A stretch of DNA of 39,212 nucleotides, from the NCBI RefSeq assembly GCF_001194135.2, contig NC_068985.1:97807907-97847118 (forward strand), given 5' to 3'. This DNA is from Octopus bimaculoides. Its lineage: Eukaryota. Below the pieces are notes generated by a model. It did not search any database. It was not told the DNA's origin and saw only the letters and a list, made by a program, of their open reading frames with translations. Below, piece after piece: positions 11,121-23,619 of this stretch (position 1 is the first letter of the stretch; each line of letters starts with the position of its first letter). A program made the translations under genes and the position numbers.

Positions 11121-11623
11121 TAGTCTTCATGGAATGCCAGCAACGACGCTAGTGCCAAAGGCATTGGCCCAACTGAGCAGCCTTTCCTTCAGTAAACATT
11201 GGTGACGATAAGAGAAAGAGACTAAAGACTGGTTGTAGCACCAACTGTTACTCTTGCCTAGGTCTAAACATACATAATTGCATGGCTAACAGTGATTGAC
11301 GAGGGCTCTGGATCTATCTATCTGTCTGTCTGTCTGTCTGTATGTTTCCATGTATACATCAATATTTAAATACATACACAAATATGTATATAAAGGAATA
11401 TATATATAAAGGAATACAATAATGGGACAAGAACGCAAAATATCCAGACAGATAGATGATACAAAAAAAGGGACAACAAAACATCCAAACAGATGATACA
11501 AAAGAGAGACAAGAAAATACAAGTCATTCGAAGTTTTCTTTCCTCAGTCAAGTTCCAGATTATCTTTGCAATTTCGGCTATATATATATATACACACACA
11601 CACACACGCACACACACACACAC

Positions 11624-11690
<67 letters not shown>

Positions 11691-12039
11691 ATGACAGTTT
11701 GACTCAACACTACATGGCTTAAAAGGTTTCAAGGATATGTAAGGAATGTCCATGGTCCTAGTATTTGATGAGATATACATGCCCTGCTCGCCTACGAAAC
11801 TTTAAGTCATGTGCAGTTAAGTTAGAATTGTTATTAAGAATATATATAACATATATTTATAACATACATATATATATAATTTCTCGTTTGATATCATCGG
11901 ACGCTTATGAACAATGGAACACGAAAAAGATATTTAAAGAAACATATTACTTCTGTTCCCTTTCTTTTCTCTCACAATCGTCCGGGGATCGGAACTGAGA
12001 AACTCTGCGCGACAATGTATGAAATTTAAATTTCAAAGA

Positions 12040-12172
12040 ACTGTGATTGTGTGTGTGTGTGTACATATATGTATACACGTTTGCATTTATGTACGCTAAG
12101 AAGAAACATGTAAATATATGTGTGTGCATAACTTGTGTGTCTGTGTGTGTGTATTCATTCATGCATACAAAG

Positions 12173-12216
<44 letters not shown>

Positions 12217-12466
12217 AAATAAATGTTCATAGACTTGTAAACAATCTACATAGACACATTACAAACATGACTACACACACACATACACACACACACAGCT
12301 ACGCATGTAAACATGCATATGCACACGCATATGTGAACGTGCACACATACGCAACTGATAGATACGCATATTGGTTTACATAGAAACCACAGCTACACCA
12401 TAAATACAGAGCTATTATAAAGGTCAGACGGAGCTCCTTGAGCTGTGTGTGTGTTTAAGCTACTTT

Positions 12467-12514
<48 letters not shown>

Positions 12515-13195
12515 GTGATGTCTGTGTGCGTACGCGTATGTGCTTGTGTGTATACGAATGTGTGTTCGAATGTGTTTCGCAGATTATTCTGTATGTGTTT
12601 ACATATTTATGTTTGTGTGCGTTACAAAATGTATGAATGTGTATATATTTTGTTGGTGATTATGTATATATGTGTGTTTATCATTATGCTATGCCTGAGT
12701 GTATATGTATATCTTAAGATTATACCTACATATGCACAGATGATTTTGCGTGTGTATCATTGTATGTGTGTGTGTGTGTGTCTGTATGTATGTTTGTCAT
12801 AGTGCATGCATGTATGTGTCTATATTTTGAAGTTGTATTGGTGTGTACGTATGTACTTGTCAGCGTGTATATATATATATATATAATGTGTGCACTCTAG
12901 ATTTCGTGTGCTTGTATCACTGTGTAGATGCGTAAGTGTGCGTGTATATGTGTCGCAAATTTTTCTGTGCTTGTGTGTGTGTGTATGTCTGTATGATTTA
13001 AATGATTTCGTGTGTGTATAAGTGTATGTATGTGTGTGTGTGTGTGTACGTACCAGTCCATCTGCGGGTGTGTGTGTATGCACGTTCTAGATTATTCCCT
13101 GTGTGTTTGTGTGTTTTTACTTGTACATATGTGTGTATATTTATGTATCTGTCAAATGTATGTATGCGCGTGTGTGTATTTCTGTGCCTGCTTGC

Positions 13196-13230
<35 letters not shown>

Positions 13231-13338
13231 CGCGCGCGCTTGGCACTATGTGTGTACATGTATGTCGGTATATGTGCATCTGTTTGTGTGTTGTGTGAAT
13301 GCGTGTACACGCATTAGCATGTGTATGTGTGCGCGTGC

Positions 13339-13370
<32 letters not shown>
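12040..13370. repeat. Degenerate TG/TA microsatellite field
   Basis: Direct reading. Confidence 0.9.
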
Positions 13371-14255
13371 NNNNNNNNNNNNNNNNNNNNNNNNNNNNNN
13401 NNNNNNNNNNNNNNNNNNNNNNNNNNNNNNNNNNNNNNNNNNNNNNNNNNNNNNNNNNNNNNNNNNNNNNNNNNNNNNNNNNNNNNNNNNNNNNNNNNNN
13501 NNNNNNNNNNNNNNNNNNNNNNNNNNNNNNNNNNNNNNNNNNNNNNNNNNNNNNNNNNNNNNNNNNNNNNNNNNNNNNNNNNNNNNNNNNNNNNNNNNNN
13601 NNNNNNNNNNNNNNNNNNNNNNNNNNNNNNNNNNNNNNNNNNNNNNNNNNNNNNNNNNNNNNNNNNNNNNNNNNNNNNNNNNNNNNNNNNNNNNNNNNNN
13701 NNNNNNNNNNNNNNNNNNNNNNNNNNNNNNNNNNNNNNNNNNNNNNNNNNNNNNNNNNNNNNNNNNNNNNNNNNNNNNNNNNNNNNNNNNNNNNNNNNNN
13801 NNNNNNNNNNNNNNNNNNNNNNNNNNNNNNNNNNNNNNNNNNNNNNNNNNNNNNNNNNNNNNNNNNNNNNNNNNNNNNNNNNNNNNNNNNNNNNNNNNNN
13901 NNNNNNNNNNNNNNNNNNNNNNNNNNNNNNNNNNNNNNNNNNNNNNNNNNNNNNNNNNNNNNNNNNNNNNNNNNNNNNNNNNNNNNNNNNNNNNNNNNNN
14001 NNNNNNNNNNNNNNNNNNNNNNNNNNNNNNNNNNNNNNNNNNNNNNNNNNNNNNNNNNNNNNNNNNNNNNNNNNNNNNNNNNNNNNNNNNNNNNNNNNNN
14101 NNNNNNNNNNNNNNNNNNNNNNNNNNNNNNNNNNNNNNNNNNNNNNNNNNNNNNNNNNNNNNNNNNNNNNNNNNNNNNNNNNNNNNNNNNNNNNNNNNNN
14201 NNNNNNNNNNNNNNNNNNNNNNNNNNNNNNNNNNNNNNNNNNNNNNNNNNNNNNN
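13371..14255. other. Assembly gap
   Basis: Run of N. Confidence 0.99.
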
Positions 14256-14378
14256 GCAAAAGATATCGATAGCATAAGTACTAGGCTTACAAAGAATAAG
14301 TCCTGTGGTCGATTTGTTCGACTAAAGGTGGTGCTCCAGCATGGCCGCAGTCAAATGACTGAAACAAAGGATAAAAGA
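14256..14378 (+). mobile_element. SINE family B, 3' half (5' half lost in gap)
   Basis: GCAAAAGA...ATAAGTACTAGGCTTACAAAGAATAAGTCC...GGTGCTCCAGCATGGCCGCAGTCAAATGACTGAAAC begins exactly at the gap edge. Confidence 0.8.
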
Positions 14379-14416
<38 letters not shown>

Positions 14417-14894
14417 ATCGTTGCTATTATGCAAAAGTGTCGTAAGTCCAAAACGTTGCTTTTGCAGAAAACGACAAAATAGTTTCCCCGTTCCATAGCA
14501 AAACCTTTGTACTACACTTTGACAATTTTTGATATCCTGGAATCCGAAGCAGCTGCAGATGCGATTGTTTGGCCAAAAGAACCGGCTATTGCAAGCAAAA
14601 ATAAATATTTACGAAAAACACATTTCGCCAAATTTGGACATACGACAGTTTAACATAATAGCAACGATATGTATGCATATATGTGTGTTCAGATCGACAA
14701 ATGTGTGTATGTGTATAATTGAATCTGTTTATCTTGCTGGCTGGTTGACTGACTGTCAGTCTGTCTCAGGGTGTCATTCCCTGTCTGCCTGTCTGCCTGT
14801 CTAGGTCCGTCCCTGCCTGCCTGTCTGCCTGTTTGTCGTACGTAATACAAACTATTTCTTAAATACCTTAACGACTCAGCGGCGCGGCAGGGGT

Positions 14895-14965
14895 CGTTGA
14901 TGGTGGTTGTGGTGGTAGTGGTAGTGGTGGTAGTGGTGGTAGTGGTGGTGGTGGTGGTGGTGGTG
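14895..14965. repeat. (GGT)n trinucleotide repeat running into a gap
   Basis: Direct reading; similar units resume after the gap at 15319. Confidence 0.93.
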
Positions 14966-15318
14966 NNNNNNNNNNNNNNNNNNNNNNNNNNNNNNNNNNN
15001 NNNNNNNNNNNNNNNNNNNNNNNNNNNNNNNNNNNNNNNNNNNNNNNNNNNNNNNNNNNNNNNNNNNNNNNNNNNNNNNNNNNNNNNNNNNNNNNNNNNN
15101 NNNNNNNNNNNNNNNNNNNNNNNNNNNNNNNNNNNNNNNNNNNNNNNNNNNNNNNNNNNNNNNNNNNNNNNNNNNNNNNNNNNNNNNNNNNNNNNNNNNN
15201 NNNNNNNNNNNNNNNNNNNNNNNNNNNNNNNNNNNNNNNNNNNNNNNNNNNNNNNNNNNNNNNNNNNNNNNNNNNNNNNNNNNNNNNNNNNNNNNNNNNN
15301 NNNNNNNNNNNNNNNNNN
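14966..15318. other. Assembly gap
   Basis: Run of N. Confidence 0.99.
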
Positions 15319-15626
15319 TTGGTGTTGGTGGTTGTGGTGTATGTAGCGACAGAACAATTTCTGTTTGTAATTTTTTCTTTTTGTTTTTAGCTTTTTTTCC
15401 CCAAATCTTGCTTCTTTGACCTTTCATTCTAATATATCTAGGGAGAATGTTTTTTTTTCTCTTTTTTTTTATTCTATTTCATTTCATTTTTTTATCTTTT
15501 GTTTTTGTTTCTCATGGCTCAAATGAAGACCAGAGAAAAATATAAATGTAACCCTGTATGTTTGCTTTTCTCCCAGTTTTCCTTACTCTTTCTCACCCTT
15601 CACCCCCCTCTCTAACGAAACACAAT

Positions 15627-15664
<38 letters not shown>

Positions 15665-15987
15665 CTTCTATCTATCCATCTATCTATCTATCTATCTATA
15701 TATCTATATATATATCTATCTGCTTATCCATCTATCTGACTGTCTGTCTGTCTCGCGCGTGAGTGTGTGTATTCGTTTCTGATGGTTTGTTATCGTCCCC
15801 CACCCCATACCAACTTGCCACTTCCCCGTCTCTCCACCCCCATACCCTCCACCTCCTGCTGCTCTTGTTTGCTGATATTATTATTGTTGTTTTGGTGTTA
15901 TTGTTGCTGCAGTTGTCACTGCATCTTTTCTTTTTTCTTTCTTAGTTTTTGTCCTCTTACTGCTGTTGGTGATGATGGTAATGATGT

Positions 15988-16170
15988 AGTTGTTGTTTAG
16001 CGCTAAGTCAGCTCTGCTGAGGCAGGCAAATGCCGAAAGACCTTCCAGCCATGACAACTCCATATATCTATAGATCAGAGTCACATAAACAAAATGTCTA
16101 TTTTAAATTACGACTGAAGGATGCGATATGAAGTGGATTTAGTTGTTATTTCTAGCAGATTAAGCACCTA
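15988..16170 (-). mobile_element. Interspersed repeat family D (retroposon-like, CAA tail)
   Basis: GTTGTTGTTTAGCGCTAAGTCAGCTCTG...TTCCAGCCATGAC...GGATTTAGTTGTTATTTCTAGCAG; motif order shared with many copies in the window. Confidence 0.6.
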
Positions 16171-16979
16171 AACAAAAACCCTTTTTTTGGCTTGTGGTTC
16201 AGTAGTAGTAGTTGCTGTTGTTGTTATAGCCGCTGCTGTTGTCATGGTTACTGCTTCTCCATTGATCTCAGTCTCGATAAAATGCCCCTAATTCTAAATG
16301 AAGGTTTATGATTCGCTAAAGAAGTTTGATAAGACCAGAACACGTCAGGAGTTGTCGATAGTAGTTGTCCGGACTAGATTAAAATGATATCAACCACGGA
16401 ATGTGCTAATGTTTGTTTCTCTTCACCGCGTATGTGTTAACAGATTATTAGATTTTATTATCCTCACTATATCAGTTAGACTGTCAATAACTGTACAGCT
16501 ATTGAGACGAGATAGTTCGTAGTGTTTACTTGTTTCATTTTGCTTTGTGATTCTTTTGAAAGAAGAAAAGTTTGTACCATTAATCAACAGAGAAACTACG
16601 AGATTGATGTGTGAAACGAGAAAGAGAGGAAGGGACCATGACTGATACAAATCTACCATATTTGGATATAGGGTTTCACTCAGGAATCACTTCTACTTCT
16701 ATCCGTAAACAAACTGTAGCACTACACAAGGAAAAATCTCGTAAGAGGGCCGAATCTTTGCAACGAAGTGGAAATGTTGGTGGTGTTAATATCCAGCAAT
16801 TCCTTTTTACGATAAGTCATACAAGAGATCAATAACCTCCATTGCCATCAAGATTAAAACTAGCGTTTCACTCCTTTGTACTTTGACTGATAGTGTGCGT
16901 ATGTGAGAAGAGATAATTCGAGAGTTGTTGTTACTTGGGTTATGAGCAAGAATCGCATTCCATTTTGTTTCTTTGTGTT

Positions 16980-17100
16980 CGGAGACTGATTAAGTAAGTG
17001 CAAATTAAACACTCGAGTCAGTATGAATGACTATTCTTGAATGATGTAATGTCTCAGCATGGCTATCGTCCAATGACCGAAGCTAATAAAAAAATAAAAT
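16980..17100 (+). mobile_element. Degraded SINE family B 3' fragment
   Basis: CAGCATGGCTATCGTCCAATGACCGAAGC followed by an A-rich tail resembles the 14256-14378 tail. Confidence 0.5.
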
Positions 17101-17192
17101 ATTTGTTCACTAAAGAATTATTTTGATATTCTGGTCACGTTCTGATAAATTTGTCGTCATCACCTTTTGCACCACTGGTATCGAACTAACGA

Positions 17193-17357
17193 CGAAGCTT
17201 CTATATAGTAATCGACTTGCTAGAAAAAGAAAGGCCAAATCTCCCTCACATCACATCCAACCATATAATAGAATCCGTTCGATAATGTGGTCCTGAGTTC
17301 ACTGCACATTGGAGAAAAATGTGATCGTCACAGTTGGAGTGTCTTTAATCATTGATC
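17193..17357 (+). mobile_element. Interspersed repeat family D
   Basis: CGACTTGCTAGAAA...GCCAAATCTCCCTCACATCACA...GATAATGTGGTCC...GATCGTCACAGTTGGAGTGTCTTTAATCAT. Confidence 0.7.
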
Positions 17358-17364
17358 TCTTAGT

Positions 17365-17585
17365 TTCAGATCACTCTGTGCCATCTCTCCTGACTCGAAA
17401 CTCACAGCGTCTTCATTCAAACGCTGCTGTTTTTTTTTCCACGAATGAGATCTTTCTACGGTGGTAGCTTTGTCCCTTCGAATTGCCAGACTTTTGAACT
17501 CTCTTTCATCTCATTGTTTTCCCCCTTCTTGTGACTTGAACTCCTTGAAGTCTTAAGTAAATTCATTCGTCTTAATTTTTCCTTC
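17365..17585 (+). mobile_element. 3' end of ORF2 of a CR1/Jockey-group non-LTR retrotransposon (decayed)
   Basis: With two single-base frameshifts it reads TRNSQRLHSNAAVFFPRMRSFYGGSFVPRIARLLNSLSSHCFPPSCDLNSLKS*VN, matching the typical C-terminal pattern SFFPRTARLWNSLP..CFP..YDLNSFKSRVN. Confidence 0.65.
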
Positions 17586-17668
17586 GTAGTCCCTTACACT
17601 AAGCGGCTTCTCGTCTTGTTTGGGAATTTCAAAGAAAAGATCTGCTCACCACCATCATCACCACAACC

Positions 17669-17700
<32 letters not shown>

Positions 17701-18459
17701 CCCTAGCATAAAAATAAAGAATCGAATGTTTTAAGACCTTGATAACTTTGTATGGAGAACCATATTGTTTTGGGTTCAAACAGAACAACGTTTTTGGTGT
17801 TTTTTGTGTGTGTGCTTTTCTGGAGAAGGTGCTCTGTTTAACTATGTTTGCTTGTCAAACTGCCAATCGGTTCCACTCCTACTTCACGGCTGAGCTATTC
17901 GGAAGGGAAAGGCATCCAGCTGCAAAAACAATGCGCATGTATTATACAAATGTAGGCATTTTTTTTTTATTGCCCAACCTATCCCACCCACGAAATGTAT
18001 GAAAAAAATAATATAAAACAAAAAGGAATAGTTTTAAAATAGTAAAACAACAATTACAACAAACAAGCAAATAGACTAGAAAATAAGCAAAGCTTAGAGG
18101 GGAAATGGAAATAAAGAATAACTTTGGTATATTAGATGGAATTAAAGATTGCATCTTCAAACAGTGAGTTTCAATCTCTGAGTAAACTTTTAAGATGGTT
18201 TCCAGATGCTGACATTTTTGTAAGAAACCGTACGAAACTGTCTAATAGTTACTTATATTACTTATATACTAATACACTCATACTCCTACACACACGCATG
18301 CACATCTCTCCGTCTCTGTCTCTCTGTCAGTCTCTCTCTCTCTCTCTCTCTGTACACACTAACATCTATATACAACACGTAGTTAGATAAAGCTGCGGTA
18401 CTTATGAGATAATAGGCGTATTTATGTATATTTATATTCATACAGAGAAAGAGACAGAT

Positions 18460-18472
18460 GAGCATATATATA

Positions 18473-18555
<83 letters not shown>
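18460..18555. repeat. (TACA)n(TA)n microsatellite
   Basis: Direct reading. Confidence 0.95.
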
Positions 18556-18557
<2 letters not shown>

Positions 18558-18789
18558 TTGTATATATTAATAAATTTCTGTGGTACACACCCATTTATAT
18601 AGACATATGAATGCTAAGGAACACAAGAACATATTTATAGGATCAACGAACTATCTGAATAGTGCAAAATATACTTACATATACAGAATTGTGTAGTTGT
18701 TTGGACCCACGTCAGATGTAAATGAACTGGTTTATAATAAAAGAAACTCCTTCTGTGACCATTGCGTGGCCATTACAAAAAAGGCACCA

Positions 18790-20432
18790 CAGTGCACCTA
18801 GGATTACGTTATCTTTTGTAACCATCTTTTTTTTCTAAAGTATGATTAGATGCAGATTTGGTTGCTATTTTTCTAATAGGTTGAGTGACAGCATAAGGCC
18901 TCATTTATTGCATACAAACAGTACGAGAGAAAGAGGCGGGGTGAAGAATGATAGAGTTAGTCAAAGAAAAAAGGAAGAGTTGTGAATGGAAGGTGGCCGC
19001 TAGATTTGATGTTTGTTTTCTATTTCTGTGATCTTGAGTCCATAATGGGAACAAGCATTGTACTGAAACGAGGTTCTCCTTCTGCCATAACCCTAGTTAA
19101 TTCGTTCTGAAGAACGAGTGCTACATCACGTCTATGGATTATCCTCGGGGTTTCTTATACCAGTTCTTATTCTTACACACAGTTAGACCTGTGGTTATTT
19201 AGCCCTCGGTCAGCTCTGAGTGAGTATATATATCTGTGATTAATTGAGCTACGCCTGTATTACCCAATGTGTCGTTAAAACTATTTTTGAAGGCGGTTTG
19301 TATGTGATATAATTTGGCTGCTGTTTCTTGTTAGGTTGAGAGACCTTATAGAAGATCATCTTTTGGCGGGAGCTTTATCAGTAATACTTCAGATGAATGG
19401 AAAGTATAAAATAGAATCACGAGCCTCCTTGTATATTCCATGTAGCATGTATTTGCACAGCTACACATACATGATACATCCATCAGCCTCATTCAAGATG
19501 TTTCGCTTTCCAGAGAGTATCTGTGTCTGCTCGCGACTACATAAGCACCTGAAACAATAAACGAAAGTCTGGTAGACACTACCAGGTCCTATTTGCCCGT
19601 ATGTGATGGCTAAGCTTTTCACATTATTTGATGGGCCCTTTCCTTATTCAAAACAAGTGCGACTTGGGTGTGATTTGGCTGCTGTTTCTAACTAATCGAA
19701 TCACCACGTATATGAGTGTATTAAAATATCTGAAAGAAGTAGCTTTTTTTTATCAGGTTGTTTCAATCCTAAATCCTGAAAAAGAAAAATTCAGCTCGTG
19801 GTTTTGCAAAATTCTCTCCGCATTACACATCCCATAAGCCAGGGGTCAATCAGAGAGCCCCTACAAAGATGCTCAACTTGCAGGAATTAACAACGAAATC
19901 TCCCTTAATCAAATGCTGTAGTTTTAAGAAAGGAAGGGTACATGAGATGACATAATCCTAGATGCACTGTGAAAATAAAAAGTGGATGATCTCGACTGGA
20001 ATGTTTTAGACCATAGATCTGCTTGATCAGTGTTGGCGTAAGTGAAAAACAACAACCACCTACAAAAAAATTGAACCAGCAAGGATTTTCAAAGTGATTG
20101 CTCAACCTACTAGAAATAGCAGCAACATCTTCCTCCAATCACAGTTTTGTACACTATACACATTTCTAGATATACTAAAAAGACAGGTTGGTCATAGCTG
20201 GAGTTAAACAACAGCAACAATAAGTAATTGAATGAAATATCAGCAAAATCCCCCTTAAATCATATTATCTAAAAACAAAAACAAAAAAAAAACAGAAATG
20301 GAAGCGCGCATTAGATAATGTAATCCAAGATACATAATGCCAAAGACGAAAAAAGGCAAGATGGTCACAAGCATGGTTTAAAACATAGATCCACTCGCTC
20401 AGAATTGATCTGGGCCTAAACAGCAATAATTA
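18790..20432. mobile_element. Cluster of six degraded family D copies: three minus (about 18790-18890, 19190-19345, 19560-19710) then three plus (about 19855-20035, 20095-20222, 20235-20432)
   Basis: Recurrent GATTTGGCTGCTGTTTCT on the left side and its complement (TAGAAATAGCAGC, AAATCTCCC, AAACAACAGCAAC tails) on the right side. Confidence 0.65.
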
Positions 20433-21146
20433 CAATATCACATCGTCATCCACCCAATACATATATATATATATATATATATAATCACATTTATGTATTC
20501 CTTTGTGTAATCTTTAATTCATATTCGTCCCTTGCAAATTATACCCGAGTACATTCACCCTATTTATTCTCCACTTATATTCCTCTCTCTCACTCTCGTT
20601 TTATTCCTGAATATGTTCATCCAAATATTATTCCTTTATTCCTTTATTCTGTTCATTTGTGTATTCCGTTTATTCTCAATATTTCCGTTTATTCATGGCT
20701 GCAAACAGTTTTTATGTTCTTTTAGATTTCCGTTATTTTTAGCTCTCTTACACAATTACAATATTTCACATAGCAATAATTATTCTTTCTCTATTTTCAT
20801 ATTTCTTTTCTTCCTTCATTCGGTCATTCATTCCTTATAATCTTCATTCATTTTCCCCTTTTCCTTTTTATTTTTTTCCTTCGCTTTACATCTATAATTT
20901 GACCGTATATTTTTAACTTTCTCCTCACTCTCTGTTTCTATCCGTGTGCGTGTGTTTCCCATTTCTAGCCTCGTCTTTTTTTCACATATCACAACCAAAT
21001 ATTCCCTAGCTTACTTTCCCGTCACCACCATACTACTTCCGCTTCTCCTCCAGCCCTCCCTTCACTCTAACTCCATTAATATTTCCATCATATTCCCTCT
21101 ACCATTGAAATCTACACCTCGCTTAACACACACACACACATACGTA

Positions 21147-21913
21147 NNNNNNNNNNNNNNNNNNNNNNNNNNNNNNNNNNNNNNNNNNNNNNNNNNNNNN
21201 NNNNNNNNNNNNNNNNNNNNNNNNNNNNNNNNNNNNNNNNNNNNNNNNNNNNNNNNNNNNNNNNNNNNNNNNNNNNNNNNNNNNNNNNNNNNNNNNNNNN
21301 NNNNNNNNNNNNNNNNNNNNNNNNNNNNNNNNNNNNNNNNNNNNNNNNNNNNNNNNNNNNNNNNNNNNNNNNNNNNNNNNNNNNNNNNNNNNNNNNNNNN
21401 NNNNNNNNNNNNNNNNNNNNNNNNNNNNNNNNNNNNNNNNNNNNNNNNNNNNNNNNNNNNNNNNNNNNNNNNNNNNNNNNNNNNNNNNNNNNNNNNNNNN
21501 NNNNNNNNNNNNNNNNNNNNNNNNNNNNNNNNNNNNNNNNNNNNNNNNNNNNNNNNNNNNNNNNNNNNNNNNNNNNNNNNNNNNNNNNNNNNNNNNNNNN
21601 NNNNNNNNNNNNNNNNNNNNNNNNNNNNNNNNNNNNNNNNNNNNNNNNNNNNNNNNNNNNNNNNNNNNNNNNNNNNNNNNNNNNNNNNNNNNNNNNNNNN
21701 NNNNNNNNNNNNNNNNNNNNNNNNNNNNNNNNNNNNNNNNNNNNNNNNNNNNNNNNNNNNNNNNNNNNNNNNNNNNNNNNNNNNNNNNNNNNNNNNNNNN
21801 NNNNNNNNNNNNNNNNNNNNNNNNNNNNNNNNNNNNNNNNNNNNNNNNNNNNNNNNNNNNNNNNNNNNNNNNNNNNNNNNNNNNNNNNNNNNNNNNNNNN
21901 NNNNNNNNNNNNN
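21147..21913. other. Assembly gap
   Basis: Run of N. Confidence 0.99.
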
Positions 21914-21961
21914 AATCTCATTCAAATTACAAACCTTAAGGTTTGTAATTTGAATGAGATT
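21914..21961. repeat. Perfect 48-bp palindrome abutting an assembly gap
   Basis: AATCTCATTCAAATTACAAACCTT|AAGGTTTGTAATTTGAATGAGATT is its own reverse complement with no loop. Confidence 0.97.
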
Positions 21962-22512
21962 TGGCTGCCATAAAATAAAAACAAAAAAATATTAAAATAT
22001 TGACAATACAGTTCGGCCTAAAAGTAAAAAAAAAAAAACCAAACATAACAAAAAAAAACAACTAAATAAATACGGTCACAGCTGGCAAAACTTTGGTCAT
22101 GTCTGCACAATCAAGGCCAGCTTCAGGTTAAAAAAAAAACAAAAACAAAAAGAGAGGACCGACCTTTTGACTGTAAGCTAATTTGGGGTTAAAAGCTTTC
22201 GTATATTTAAACAAAATGAGCAAAGAGTGCTCAGAGTGGTCAACGGCATGTTAATGATCGATATAAACGAATACGGGTATATTAAATATCATACAACGTA
22301 AATTCTTAATTTATTAGGATTGTCTCCGCCTCTAGAGGTTGTATCCTAATTGCCAAGTGACAATTAAAACCAGCTCGACTCGTGAAGGGGAGATAATCTA
22401 GAGATCCAGGAATTTCTCAAAAAGTGACATGCCGCCAAAGAAAAGGACTAGTTCATTATCGGGAGGACAGGTGTGGACACGCGTTTGATTCTGGCGCAAT
22501 AGCCGTCATCAG

Positions 22513-22903
22513 GGTGTGGAGGCGCAATGGCCCAGTGGTTAGGGCAGCGGATTCGCGGTCATAGGATCGCGGTTTCGATTCCCAGACCGGGCGTTGTGAG
22601 TGTTTATTGAGTGAAAACACCTAAAGCTCCACGAGGCTCCGGCAGGGGATGGTGGCGAACCCTGATGTACTCTTTCACCACAACTTTCTCTCACTCTTAC
22701 TTTCTGTTTCTGTTGTGCCTGTAATTCAAAGGGTCAGCCTTGTCACACTGTGTCACGCTGAATATCTCCGAGAACTACGTTAAGGATACACGTGTCTGTG
22801 GAGTGCTCAGCCACTTGCACGTCAATTTCACGAGCAGGCTGTTCCGTTGATCGGATCAACTGGAACCCTCGACGTCGTAAGCGACGGAGTGCCAACAACA
22901 ACA
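22513..22903 (+). mobile_element. Full-length tRNA-derived SINE, family A, with 12-bp target site duplication
   Basis: A and B boxes in the head, (CAA)n tail, TSD AGCCGTCATCAG at 22501-22512 and 22904-22915. Confidence 0.95.
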
Positions 22904-23502
22904 AGCCGTCATCAGCACGACAATTGTCCGACTTTAATATCCAGTAGACTTATACAAACAACAGTAGAACACATTGATGGCCTGCCCACCTTGTCTGTCT
23001 GACTCACTCACTCACTCACTCTCTCTCTCTCTCTCTCTCACTCACTCTTCTTAAAATCTGCAACAAATGATGTGTAATCTTTTATTCTGAAGGCAACTTC
23101 AATGCGGAAGTTCCTCATTTCACAAACACCTTTTCCACGAACACCGCATTAAACAATTCTTCATGGGTTACAGTACATCATTTCATTTCTCCGACCACGT
23201 GGAGAACTACAAACAAAATAGTTAAGACCGGATGAATATTTGAAAAGATTAATTAACATTTAAAACATCATCTTAGTTCATAATTTTGTCTAAACGAGAA
23301 AAGAAATGAGTTGACTTTTTAAGAAAATTAATTAATAATTATAGTTTCCTGTATAGCTTACTTCAGCAAATGTTCTCTAAGCTGAATTAATTCATTTTCC
23401 TGTAAAGAAAAATGTTTCTTTCCCAAAGGAAAAGAGAAGTGGTATATTTGCTGATCCAAATAATAACTGTCCTTATCGTTTCGGTTGAAATGCACTTTAC
23501 AT

Positions 23503-23588
23503 TAGAGGTCCCCAACCACCGGTCCGTGGATCATTTGCTACCGGGCGGCAAAGAAATAAGCGGGGTTTTCTGCAGTGAAAACAACCAA

Positions 23589-23619
<31 letters not shown>

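Noticed and set aside
11005-11205. 66-aa ORF with normal-looking composition
   Set aside because: Overlaps SINE family E and C remnants; chance frame.
14483-14653. Open frame containing EAAADAIVWPKE, loosely like the astacin start AATARPERVWP
   Set aside because: No furin site before it, no following astacin residues, ends in a stop, and no splice signals.
22516-22592. tRNA-like sequence with A and B boxes
   Set aside because: It is the head of SINE family A, continuous with a 300-bp body, tail and TSD, and has no proper acceptor stem. The same holds for 4155-4230 and 32178-32270.
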